Assembly: GCA_964036045.1 (NCBI GenBank)
Contig: OZ038378.1
Location: forward strand, 140,926,001-140,990,000
DNA length: 64,000 bases
Origin: Eutreptiella sp. 'Long Island Sound 2002'
Taxonomy: Eukaryota; Protista; Euglenida
Direction of reading: 5' to 3'
In this document: positions 16,850 through 28,900 of the stretch, piece after piece
Layout: each line of letters opens with the position of its first letter
Position numbering within the stretch: the first letter of the stretch is position 1
Made by a program: the position numbers and the translations under genes
The notes under the pieces: model-generated
What the model saw: the letters and a program-made list of their open reading frames with translations, nothing else
The model's database searches: none
Told to the model about the DNA's origin: nothing

Positions 16850-17176
16850 GGCGCACGGGTACGTTCGCGGCGCCACGATGGTGCCCTGCCATTGAGCCCG
16901 CGCCATGTCGGCGCAGAGCTGTCGGGGCAGGCGCCACGTTGGCGTCTGGCGGTCGGGGGGAGGCCACGTATGTGCATCTGTCCCCCACAGGACTGCATGT
17001 CTGGCCCAGGGAGGGGTCCTGGACGGTTGGCGGGCGGGGTGGGCCCGGCCTGACACAGGGAAGACGCACGAGAAATCGAGACGTATCACGACTGGCTTCG
17101 AGCGTGGCAATGCGTGTGGGCAATCCGTCCCACAGCTACCATCCTGAGGGTTTTTAGACTGGTGCCAGGTCACCAG
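16850..17176 (-). mobile_element. Duplicate of the 5' ~327 bp of partner copy 2
   Basis: Near-identical to 16197-16523 (offset 653 bp); lacks a 3' tail. Confidence 0.9.
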
Positions 17177-17426
17177 AGGTGCGGTGGGGTGCGGTGCGGT
17201 GCGGTGCGGTGTGGTGCGGTGCGCTGGGTTGTGGTGTGGTGTGGTGTGGTGTGGTGTGGTGTGGTGTGGTGTGGTGTGGTGTGGTGTGGTGTGGTGTGGT
17301 GTGGTGTGGTGTGGTGTGGTGTGGTGTGGTGTGGTGTGGTGTGGTGTGGTGTGGTGTGGTGTGGTGTGGTGTGGTGTGGTGTGGTGTGGTGTGGTGTGGT
17401 GTGGTGTGGTGTGGTGTGGTGTGGTG
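17177..17426. repeat. Long (GTGTG)n tract
   Basis: About 40 near-perfect GTGTG units after a short mixed stretch. Confidence 0.97.
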
Positions 17427-17859
17427 CGTTGCGGAGTGATGAGGCACCTACAAATGGAACTCGGGAATCTCATCCGCCTTAGACCCCAGCCGAGGAACCA
17501 GCCCCGGGGATGGCCAATATTTGTTTGGCTGGGTGCCTCACTTTAACCAAGCGCATTCGGGTCCTGTGGGATGAAGGTATGATTGAGACTTCGCGTAACG
17601 AAGGTCAAGTTCGTGGGCTGAACTATGAGGAATGTTGCAGGTACCTCCGCCTGATGTTATGCACGATTCATTACTCGTACCCGGAGGCCGTATGTTCTGC
17701 ACATGTTCAGTCGTAGGCCACTGTCATTGTACTGTTTACTATGCTCACTGTTGCTATCTGTTTAGCTGGCTTTTGGTATGCCATTGGGGGCCCACATATC
17801 TACAAAAATGCCATGCGGCATTGCAAGGAAATGGAAAAGAAAAATCACTCCGTGCCAAC

Positions 17860-20290
17860 ATGGACAAAAGAGTTTGAAGCCTTCGAAATTAAGCGTGGTA
17901 CACCGTTACCCATCCGAAGAGAGCTAGTGCATTTGTGGAGTATCCCATCATCCTTCCGGTCGTATCGGTCCTTAAGAATCGCCTCGTTCTTTAAGTTCAA
18001 CTTCAACTCTACGAAAATGTATTCACGATCCTCTTGAGTGACATGCGTGGTGGGATATGTTGTAGACGAAGAATTGGTTTGTTTTTCATCCACTCTTGGT
18101 GGTGGAAGCGCGGCAACCTTTGACTAGCAGCCTCCTTGAATACTTCAACGTAGAGGCTTTGGCACACCAAGACCATGCGCTCTGGTTCTCCCATATTTAG
18201 GCGGAGGTTTTCTTGGATATGCGCATGATATTGAGACTAGCACATGATCTTGACTACCGATCTCTTCTTCACTTGTGTGGCACGCTTTGTCCCTTCGTCC
18301 TCAACCTTCTTTTTCCAATAGCTTGAGGGGAACATCTTTGAGGAGATAGCCGAATTCCAATTATTCATTCCAATCCTCAACCTTCCTCAATGCCTCAGAG
18401 TGCTTGGCTGCTTTAGTCTTGGCCGCTGCACTGTAGGGTTGACGTGCTTAATCGACGCCGCCACAGTTTGGGTGAATGTCATCAAGCAGTCTGATGTTCA
18501 CACAGCTAGATGGATCTCAAACCTAGTGTTGGTCGCCTGGGTTTGATGACACGGTAGTATGGATCACTCATGACAAAACCATCAACCATGAGTCAACGGG
18601 AGCATGGATATCCTGACCCGGGGAGAGATGGTGGTCATGCGGAATAATCTTGCCGACCAGTGTTGTTCTGGAGGTAGGATGCCAGGCATGTGCTGCGACT
18701 ATCATGCAACCTCCCATATGTCATGGCTGCCGTAGGTCGGCGGCTAAATCCCTTGGCTAGGACGCAAGAGACAAGCATACTGGGACACTGCCGTGGGGCA
18801 GTGGGCAGTGGGTTTCCTTCTGTTGACTGCCTCACTATGGGGGCTTCTCTTAGCGTGCTCTTGTTGAGCCCCGTCCGGCTGAGATACACTCGAGGACCCC
18901 GGATCACCATGTTGCAACGATTGCTCCTACTATTCTTGGACTTATCGCCCTGCTTGCAAAAGAGATTGCGCAACTTCTCCAATGTGGGGTGCACTTCGCT
19001 ATCTACCTCGACCTCCACCATCTTGACAAGCTTGGCACTCCTTCCAATTTTCGATCGTCGTCTCTTTCGGAATCGTCTCCGGATGTAGCTTGAAGTACTC
19101 CTTTTTATCTCTGGCGTACACTGCACATTGGGTGTGATCATGCTGATTGGACGACCCTTCCCATAGCACACCCAACATCCCTTGCACTTCTTCATGCCGG
19201 TGGGAGTGACCCTTGCCATGTACCAACCGTCATTGAGGAAGGTTGAGGATTCGAATGAATTGTTGGAATTTCACTATCTCCTCAAAGATGTTCCCCCAAG
19301 CAATTGAAAAGAGAAGGTTGAGGACGAAGGGACAAAGCGTGCCAAGAAGAGATTGGTGGTCAAGATCATGTACTAGTCCCAATATCATGCGCATCTCCAA
19401 AAATACTACGCCAAAGTCTCTACGTGGAAGTATTCAAGGAGGCCGTTGGTCAAAGGGTGCTGTGCTTGCACCACCAAGAGTGGATGAAGAACAAACCACT
19501 TCTTCGTCTACAACATATCCTAGCACGCATGTCACTCGAGTCGATCGTGCAATACATCTCGTTGAGTTGAAGTTGAAGCTGAAGAACGAGGCGAACGAAT
19601 CATAAGGACCGATACGACCCGAAGGACGATGCTGTCCTCCACAAATCACCCATTTCTGATTTGGTGCATCCACACCTTCTACCTCCTCGGGCCAATCCAA
19701 GTATTCTGTTTCTCCGCGCATTTTGCCATTTTGGGTTGCAGCCCTCAATTCTTCCTTCAATTCTTCTTGGAGACGATGCGGAAACGTCCGCATGGCCCAG
19801 CGATCCCTTTGGACCTAGGTCGTACCTCCCATGACCTCATAAGCGAAATCACACTCCGGCCAATTGTTGCTGAAACTCTTGCTGTTCTTGGGGATGAAGG
19901 CGAAGAAGAGGTATTCCGCCTGGTCGTCGTTGTTGACATTGATGTCATTGTTGTTTTTGTCCTCATTTGTCCTGTGTCCATCATGAATTTCCCGGTGTTG
20001 TCGTTCTCAATGGCGTTGATTATTGTGTTTTGTTCTCGTAGTGCTAGAGCGAGGGGAGTTACGCTTGGGAGCATGGTGTCGGTACATGCGCATGTACGGA
20101 TGGTCATTGAGGAAGGTTGAGGATTGGAATGAATCGCCCGAATTCGGCTATCTCCTCAAAGATGTTCCCCCAAGCTATTGGAAAAAGAAGGTTGAGGACG
20201 AAGGGACAAAGCGTGCCACACAAGTGAAGAAGAGATCGGTAGTCAAGATCCTGTGCTAGTCCCAATATCACGCGCATCGCCAAGAATATC
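17860..20290. pseudogene. Scrambled gag-like remnants of an LTR retrotransposon
   Basis: The segment YLLKDVPPSYWKKKVEDE... occurs on minus (~18400-17860) and plus (19240-19640, 20105-20290). A Cys/His cluster GCWVCYGKG...HDHTQC is on minus near 19180-19120. A protease remnant lies nearby. Confidence 0.55.
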
Positions 20291-20699
20291 TCCGCCGAAA
20301 TATGGGAGTTCTTGCTGTTGTCGTTCTCGGTGGCCTTCATTATTGTGTTTTGTTCTTGTAGTGCTAGAGCGAGGGGAGTTACGCTTGTGAGCATGGCGTC
20401 GGTACTTGCGCATGTGCACCTGAATGGCAATGTGGTCAAGATACAGTGAGGGACGGTGGGCCGCAATATGAGTATTGAAATGTTATAATACCGCCTCAAA
20501 TATTTTCGTGACGGTATTGGTCCAAGTGCCAGCGCAGTTGCTGTATGAAGTTAGGCGACATGCGGCCCGAGGTGGGCCGACACCAGTACGGCTGCGGTCA
20601 CCTAGAGGTCTCGCTTAGCGCCGCCGCCATGCAAAAGGCCCCGTGCAGATCCGTAGCCATCACATGTAGGTCCATGGTGCTTGTCCCGCTGCCGCAAGG

Positions 20700-21330
20700 G
20701 CCCCATTAGGCGGCCCTATAGGGTTTGCTGGGAACTGCCAGAAAGGTCGGCCACGTAGATTTTCCCATGGAGCATCAAGCGTTTCGCTTGGTCCGGTCGA
20801 TCCAATCGATTGTGCTCCAAAAATTCCAAGCGAAGTTTGGCTTCACGGGATCCTCCACCCGTGATGTCGCCATTTGCGACCTTGAAGCGCGTTGGTCAGT
20901 CACTGTGCTTCATACATGTGCCCGGAAACAAACCATTCCGTACCAACCTTACCTGGACCCGCGTATCCACCAAGACATCCGCGACCACTTCTCTCCGTCC
21001 ACACATTACCCGCACCTTCAAGTGCAACTGCCGCCCATGTGGTGTACGGATGAGTCTCACAACAATTAACTCTAGTACGGACAGGCGCGTGAGGACTTCC
21101 AACCTCTGGTCTCGTATCTCGTAGATTTTGGGTTGGTCCTACACATCCATACAAATTCGCGAGTCATCTAAATCCACGTGTATCTTCTTCACATCACCCA
21201 CTTCCATTGTGTCGGCAAGAGTTGACCAAGTCATGGGGTGATGAAATAATTTTGGCCCATCCGGGGCTCTCTTCGGCAGTGCAGATGCCTTCTTCATTGC
21301 CCTGATTTTCTTCGAGGTCGCAAACTCACT
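20700..21330 (-). pseudogene. Retropepsin (aspartic protease) remnant of an LTR retrotransposon pol
   Basis: RQLHLKVRVMCGRREVVADVLVDTRVQVRLVRNGLFP resembles a decayed VLVDTGAxxSL motif (~20990-20950). Confidence 0.6.
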
Positions 21331-21339
21331 TCTGTGCTG

Positions 21340-21505
21340 GTGAGTAGTGGGTAGTGGAACTCCTTTAGCAGAGTGCCTCACTGGTGGGGAGCAGTGGGTA
21401 GTGGATCTCCCTCAATACACCGCCGAACTGAAGGGGGGCACTGCAGTGGATCTCCTTTAATACATTGCCTCATTGCTAGGGAGCGGTGGGTAGTGGATCT
21501 CCTTA
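21340..21505. repeat. Degenerate 47-bp satellite
   Basis: GCAGTGGGTAGTGGATCTCC...CACTG variants. Confidence 0.7.
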
Positions 21506-21632
21506 GGTGTGGTGTGGTGTGGTGTGGTGTGGTGTGGTGTGGTGTGGTGTGGTGTGGTGTGGTGTGGTGTGGTGTGGTGTGGTGTGGTGTGGTGTGGTGT
21601 GGTGTGGTGTGGGGTGGTGCGGTGCGGTGCGG
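21506..21632. repeat. (GTGTG)n tract
   Basis: Direct reading. Confidence 0.95.
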
Positions 21633-21645
21633 AGTGCAAGTGTGT

Positions 21646-23340
21646 GCCCAAGGCACTGTTTACAAAAAAGCAATGGCCAAGATGTCTTGCACATGGGAAA
21701 ATGTAAAATAGAACGGCCCCCATCCACCAACCTAAATCCAATTTTATGCCCTATTTGCAGGTTGCCAATTGCCTTTCATGGGTAGGCGGCTGCACCCACT
21801 ACCCCCAGCAGTGTGGCCATGAACTTTAGGAGGGCCACTAACCATTGCCCCCATGTTGTGCAGTGGTGTACTGAAGCAAACAACTGCCCGCTCCCCCCTA
21901 ACTTGTGGCGGTGTGTTAAAGAACGCCCATTGCCCATTGCCCATTGCCATGCGGCAATGTACGAAGGAATATGCACTTCCAATTACCCACTACAGTGCAG
22001 CACTATATACTGAAAGATTCACACCACCCACAAACCCGTGCGATGACACGATGTAGAAAAAGACTACCACTACCCCGTTGAAGGGTCTTCACTGCCCGCT
22101 GCCCACAAAAGCAGGGCAGTGCATAGCAGGAGCCACCACCGCCCATTACCTATGGCAGTATGGCAGTGAGCACAAGGAGGTACAATTGCCCACCAAGACG
22201 GTGAGCGGAAGGAGCCACCAATGAGCACTACACACAACAGGGCGGTGGTGTACCAAAGGAGACGCCACGGCCCACGGGTGCAGCCATGTGGCAGTTTGTA
22301 GAGGGAGGTGCGACATCCCGCAACCCTCATGGTGCTCATCAAGTCGTGTGTAGGCCTTGAGGCACCATGGCATGACAGGTGTGGACTCCTCCACAAGGGA
22401 AAGGGGGAGTGTGCAGCAAACGGGGCAGTGGGCAGTGGGCCCCCTTCAGTACATTGCTGCAACACATGGGGGCAGTGGGGGGTGGGTGTTCTTCTATACA
22501 CCGCCGCACTTAATAGGGTGGTGGGTAGCAGGCATCATTCGGTACACCGTCGCAATGTGGGCCGCGGGCCTACTTTAGCAGATTGCCACACTGCAATGGG
22601 CTGTGGACATTGGGCCTCATTCGCACACCGCCACATTGCTAGGGGCAGCAGGTATCCATCAGCGGACCGCCTCATTGTAGGGAGTGTGTGGCAATGGGGC
22701 TCCTTTAGTACACCGCGGCATTGCAGGGTGTGTGTGTGTGTGGGGGGGGTTGGGTCTCCGTTTCCCGCTACAATGTAGGGGGCAGTAGGTAGCCATTATC
22801 CTTCAGTACAATGCCACAATGCAGGGGTCTGGGTTTAGTTGGTAGTGGGTATTGTGGACTACACCGTCGCTCTACATGCGGCTGCGGCTCTCCTTTATTA
22901 CACCGGTGCTCTCAAAGGGGCAGTGGGCATCAAGTCTCCTCTAGTACACTGCCACATTGCACAGGCCAGCTAATAGCGGGCCTTCTTCGGTAGACTGTTG
23001 TAATGTATAGGGCAGTTGGCAGTGGGTCTCTTGTAGTACACCGCCACGCTACAGGGGGTAGTGGGTAGTGGGCTTCCTTCTGTACAATGCTGCAACACAA
23101 GAGGCGGTGCGCAATGGGTATCCTTGAGTTCATTGCAGCACTGCATGGAACAGTGGGTTGCGGGCCTCCTAAAATATACTGCTACAATGCGGGGCGGGGG
23201 GGGGGGGGAGGGGTAGCAGGCGGTGGGCCTCCTTTTGTACACCGCTGCACCACATGGGGCATTTGGCAGTGGGTACCGTTCTTTACGCATCCGCAATATA
23301 TGGGGGAGTGGGCAGTGGGTCTCCTTTAGTACACCGCCAT
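21646..23340 (-). mobile_element. Old satellite-carrying element with a diverged LINE-B tail
   Basis: Tail GCCCAAGGCACTGTTTAC...GATGTCTTGCACATGG is homologous to 1179 and 4319 and is followed by ~1.5 kb of heavily diverged 47-bp satellite, the same order as 4319-5220. Confidence 0.55.
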
Positions 23341-23367
23341 GGTGTGATGTGTTGTGGTGTGGGGTGT

Positions 23368-24651
23368 GCCGAAGGTGCTGTTACCGAATGTCAATGGACA
23401 GGCTGTCTTGCACATGGGTGGGCCCTCGACATGTAGCCTAGAACTAACCATAAGCCCTTTGCACCTATGGTGAGTGGGGCTGGGTGGCATGAATTCGTGG
23501 CTCCCCTGAGGATGCCTTACAACTCCGCCTGCTGGTGGTGTTGAAGTTGTCATGAGGCCCGCGCCATTGTTCCTCCGGCCCTGATGAGGCCGGTGTGTGC
23601 CCTAGCGTGGGTCATATAGACGATCTGGAACTCATTCATCGCTTGCTGAAAGAATTTTGTCCCCATGTTGTGCGGCCCGGCTGGTTGTGCGTCAAAATAG
23701 GGATGGTGTTACAATGGCCACCACCTTGCTGGAGGACGGCAGAGTCCCACCGGCCTTACATTGGCACCGCCTTGGGCCCCACATGGGTCCGTAGCCATGT
23801 GTGCAAGCGTTGCCGGGCTGGTCACACCACATGGAATTGTACGTGGCAGTGCCACGTTGTCTCCGGGCTCTTGCCGCAACATACGTAGAATGTAAATAGG
23901 TACACAAATCTGAGCTCCAAATGCTCTGCCACCACCATCATGGTGGGGAGGTTATGGATGCGGTGGGTTATCAAGTGCTGCTACTCGTCACAGTCTAGCC
24001 AAAGCCACACCCGTCAGTTGTTGAGACAACACGCCGGTTGTTGAGACAACACCTGTGCTCATAGTGCAACCCCAACGGCACTACCGCTTGCTCTTGGAGC
24101 CAGTCCTGCAAATCCGACGGGCCAGCTGGATCATGATACTTGTGCGGCAGAAGAAAAGAGTATGCCCGGCAGAGCATCTTGGGGAGGTCAGCCTACGGCT
24201 CCTCTTGGGCTGCGGCGTCACCTTGCATCTTTATGTGGCTGCACATTAATAGCCATTATCCAGTGCGAGGCGGTGACCACAACGTTGATCGTTGTTGTGG
24301 GGTTTAACGGTCACAGGCATGCCGGTAACGGAGCCATGGATTACCCTCCTCAAGGGGGCGGCAGCCAGTTTTCGATACCCGGCCAAGTGCCGGACACACG
24401 AATGCCCGGGGCATCCCAACAAAGAGCCGCCTTATATGACAGTATATGCTGTAGGGGGCCTGCATTGCCTGAGTTCCAAATACGGCGACCCAGACACCCA
24501 CCCCCAGTAGTCCTTGGTGGGTGATGTCTGGTGCCACACCCTGGTGGGGCCTACAGCACCGCCCGCCCGCGAATCCTGGAGGGTGGCCACCCGCCAAAAC
24601 ATGCATGTAGGGGGGGCTCGACCTGTACCTGGATGTGCAGGAGGGTCACCG
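23368..24651 (-). mobile_element. Old 5'-truncated LINE-B copy
   Basis: Tail GCCGAAGGTGCTGTTACC; minus-strand PETTWH...PARQRLHTWLRTHVGPKAVP...GPHNMGTKFFQQ aligns with the ORF2 C-terminus at 1347-1772; pentamer repeats on both sides. Confidence 0.75.
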
Positions 24652-24791
24652 GTGTGGTGCCGTGTGGTGCCATGCCGTGTGGTGTGGTGTGGTGTGGTGT
24701 GGTGTGGTGTGGTGTGGTGTGGTGTGGTGTGGTGTGGTGTGGTGTGGTGTGGTGTGGTGTGGTGTGGTGTGGTGTGGTGAGGTGTGGTGTG
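24651..24791. repeat. (GTGTG)n tract
   Basis: Direct reading; contains the GTGCCATGCC variant also seen at 1105. Confidence 0.95.
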
Positions 24792-27049
24792 CATCGGCCC
24801 GCACACACTAGCAAGGGGACAATACTTCAACCACAGCAGGGCGACATTGAGGACACTAATCCAGTTTAATGCACAACTGAAAGGCAGCAACGTCACCTCC
24901 AGGAACACAGTCAAATCTTGCAGCGTGCTCACAAGCCCGCCACTGGCCCAGTCTGCACTTTGGCGCTGGGCTGCATGCAGGCTTTTGCTCCCTTCGTACC
25001 TGAGACACAGTAGGTGTGGCATGCAGCTCAATAGCGCAACAGCCTTGGCATCCGAATGCCCCGCCCCTCCACAGGTGACCTCAGTGCCGCTCAGTGCACT
25101 GCAGCGGTACCGGAGGGGGGGTTAATCCATGTGTACCAAATTATAAAGCTAGAAATTCCGCAGCTAGAAATTCTGTACAATTTCTTAAAAATGAGCGAAC
25201 AAATTATGTATGGTTGCCAGAAATTGGTCATAGTATGAAATGGTCGACTTTGCATGGTTGCTGTTTTTTCCAAGTGGACTGTGCATGATTAACCCTCAGC
25301 AAGGCATTGCGTGGTGACCCCAGTCACCAAAATATGTTCAGAATGTATACCACCAATAAGCGATATTTCAGCAGAGACATGTAGTAGCCGAGTTGGTACA
25401 TGTCTTGGCACAGAACTGTCAGGTCCTGGGTTCAATCATACCACTGGCACTCTTTCTGGCGCTTTTTCTGGCGCCTTTTCTGGCGCTTCTGGCGCTTTTC
25501 CTGGCGCTTTTTCAGCATTACAAGTGCACATGACATGCATTGGACACAACCCCAAACAACAAAAAAAAGCTGGGTACCACAAATCTTTGAATCCAGCCAC
25601 TCGAAGGCACAGCTGAAGGAGGATGTCTGCTCCCAAAACAGAAAACACACTGCTTGACACAAGGATCGGACGAAAAGCGGCCATGTGTGGACAGCACTAT
25701 GTACTTCAGCACTTTTGCGACTTCAACCGGGAAGAAACTATCATTAACCAAATCCTTTGGGGTGGTACGAGTGGACGAAGGCAAGGCTTAATGTGTAGCA
25801 GTGCAAATCCTTAAAAACACTGAACAAATTGCGCACAAAAATTTGGCACAGAATTTGTTAAACAGAAATTCCCCCCCGTATTTTATCCCCCCCTCCGGTA
25901 CGTGGGCTCCAAATGGCGGCCTGCGGCGTGCTGTGTGTGCCGGCGATTACCCGGAGCTGCTGAATGAGGGCCTGAATCACTCACATCTCGAAAGGTTCGG
26001 TCCCGTGACGGTGCTGATCTGTGGTCAGCAGCCGGGCCCTTGCGCACAGACGCGGGGCTCTTGGGGGGGGGGGTTTAATGGCAGCGAACGCCGGTCGCAA
26101 CGGCAGCTGCGGCCCCTGCAGCGACCCCGGGAACCTTGGCCTGTGCCGGGGCAGGGCCTCGTGTTGGGGCTGCTGAGCGTGGCACAGCTGCGTACGGACC
26201 GGGCACCCATTCAGCGGTGCAGAGACCGAAGGACCCACAACGATTGCCACAAGACAAGGGCTAGGCTCTCAGGCGGAGGGGCGGGTGGATTCTGCCGGGA
26301 CCTCTCCGCTGGCCTCCGTGCGTGGCCGCCCATGTGGTGCCGCTCTCCGGGCGGTGCTGCCCCTGGCGAATCAATGTGATGCGTAGTCCCGTCTTGGCCC
26401 TGTGTTGCCCCCCGATGCAGCCCCAGAGTGGCAGTGCGTCCACCGTGGAAGGAGCTACAGTGCCACTTCGAGCGAAGGCGTGTGGCAAGCTCAAGAGTGT
26501 GGGCCTGTGGGAAGGAATGCGGCTCGATTTGGGTCTGTTTGGGGGTTCGGCCCTACAACGGGTTCAGTTCTAGTTGGGGTCCCCGGCGTTTGCACAGTCC
26601 CAACTTCCACACTAAACCCTTGATAGCCGACGACAAGGACAAAGTCGCGGCGACAGGCCACCGGCCGCAGACTGTCCTTTCCAGCATTTCAAAACAGAGT
26701 AGCCCCATACCTGTGCGACACATCGCCCTCAGGGACTTGCTCACGATAGCTCATGTAGGTCTGGTTCATGCACAGGGGGTCGAACACACGCTCTCGAAGG
26801 AAAGCTGTTCAAGAATGAAGGTCTGGCAATGTTGATCCGGCTGGGGGGCCTTGCCCAGGGTACAGGGTAAGCCATCACCAAGGGCACCTTACGACTCACC
26901 AAGGCAGCTCCCCGAGCCCAAACCAACGGAGGGCAAAAAGGGTCTGTCTGGCATAACTGACTTTCCCACGGACAACTTGTAATGCTCAAACAAGTGTTTT
27001 TAGCCAATTTTGAGCCTGTTGTCACATATTGTGGCCCTCTCAAAGCCCC

Positions 27050-27190
27050 CAAAACCCTCAAAAATGGGCCATTTTTGGACCATAGTAGGGGATTTTGTCC
27101 ACTGAAAGTCCCAGGAAGCCTTGAAAATGGGCCATTTTTGGGGACCAAAACAGGGTCAGGAAGCAGTCAAAAATGCCTTTTTCCAAAAGT
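27050..27190. repeat. Repeated short palindrome AAAATGGGCCATTTT, possibly part of a non-autonomous repeat
   Basis: Two copies, at ~27061 and ~27124; element boundaries not determined. Confidence 0.4.
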
Positions 27191-28339
27191 GACCCGAGCC
27201 CACTTGGGATGCTGCGGCAAGTATTCTTAGCCTATTTGGAACCCATTTGAACCCATTTTGATCTATAAACTGACACATTCCACGCCAAAGCCACACATTC
27301 AAGCCATGAATGTGTGTCTTGTGCAAAAGCACAAGGAGGGACAGAACCAAGCACCAGTGATGCATTCAGCTGCGCATCTTGGGTTGCAACATCTGCAGGG
27401 GGAGGGGGGGGGGTCTAGGCGTCCATCTGGGCAATTCTGAGGGCTAGAAACCACAGAATGGTGGGGGCTTGGGTGGGCTGGGTGCCCTTGGGATCTGTTT
27501 GTGAGCCACATAGCCCAAGACCATGCCCAGTTTTGGTTTTGGGCTGTTTGCAGGCAAACAAAATGTGCAAAACTTGGGCCTTTGTGGGACCTTTTGGGGG
27601 GTGATTTCGGATGTATCTCGGACTTAGGGGCATGCAAAGCGCTCTTTGACACGAGCAAAACCAAGTTGGTTGCAGCATAACCTTTTTCCTTCAACTAACC
27701 ATTTTGAATGCAATTAAGGGCTGCTTTGGGTAATATGACTGCTTTGGGTCAAAAATGCGCAAATTTGGGAGGGCACCTCCCAGCTTTGCACCCATGCTAC
27801 CAGGCTCAGATTTGGGAAGGGCATGTGGCAATATAAAAAGATGGATTGGGTAGGGCAGAGCCTGAAGCAATAGCACCTCGGAAGTAGGAAGTTGCTGGTG
27901 GTTGGGGTCCCCGAACAACACACCTCAAAAGTACATTTCATGCGAAACAACACAAAACATAGGTATCCTAGAATCCCATTTAGGACTATGCCAATTAGGA
28001 CTACGCAATTTGGGACTATGTTGGAGAACTGTAAATGGATCACATCAATATGCTTCTTTTGAAGGTCTTGGACACTTGAAACTTGGTTCTCCTGCTAGTA
28101 GTGAAAGGAAGCCAAACCTCTTCGATAGCAATGGGATGATTGCCTACCTAACCAACTGTTTATGGGGTCATTCTACTGCTTTGAGAGGGAGGTGCCTCAT
28201 TGAGTGTTTGAGAATACCAGCATCGCGGCTGCACACACAGCACTAACACACATTACCGAAAACAAACACAGAAATATCAGCACAAGTCCTGATGGCCTCT
28301 CCACACAGGTACCAAACACAAGGAGCAAGATGGATTGGT

Positions 28340-28900
28340 ATACCTAATCCTCCTTGAGGAGGCAAAACGAGGTCTCAAGTATAACTACCACCAGTTGTAC
28401 TTGTTGATCTTGCCTAAGCTCAAGGCCAAGGAGTAGGTCAAGATCCAACAGGAACGATTCCGACGAAGGGGAATCGGTGGAAGGGCAACACAGGCAACCA
28501 GTTGTGGACTGATGCCGATGCGCTTCCCACTGAGAGTCTTGGCGATCATTGTTTGTCTTCTTTGACGGTGGACGATACCTTTGAGTCATAGTTCTGGGAC
28601 CAAGACACCCAGGAAGTATTTGGAGTCCTGCTGGTGTCAAGTCTGCACGGTGGTAGGCCAGGAAAGCCTACCCCTCGCATTGTACACGAGTGTAAGTCCA
28701 AGTTCCACAAGGCGGACACTGGTTGGGCATTGCATCCCAACTTGGTTCCTGCCAATAAGCGATATCTGGTTCTAGCGGAATCCCCATTTGCAGAGAAAGT
28801 GTGGAAAGTGTGGAGGAACCAACGACAACGAGCCTCATTGCTATCCAGGTCAAAAAGGTGAAAAAAGTGGCAAGGGCAAGCCTAGTGGTAACCACTCGGG
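28340..28900 (+). pseudogene. gag remnant with a CCHC zinc knuckle
   Basis: RKCGKCGGTNDNEPHCYP at 28794-28847 has C-x2-C-x4-[H to D]-x4-C spacing; upstream frame is broken by stops and frameshifts. Confidence 0.6.

Noticed and set aside
14694-17546. WCGVVWCGVV / PHHTTPHHTT / HRTAPHRTAP ORFs (also near 21378-21785 and 24432-25031)
   Set aside because: Translations of pentamer microsatellites.
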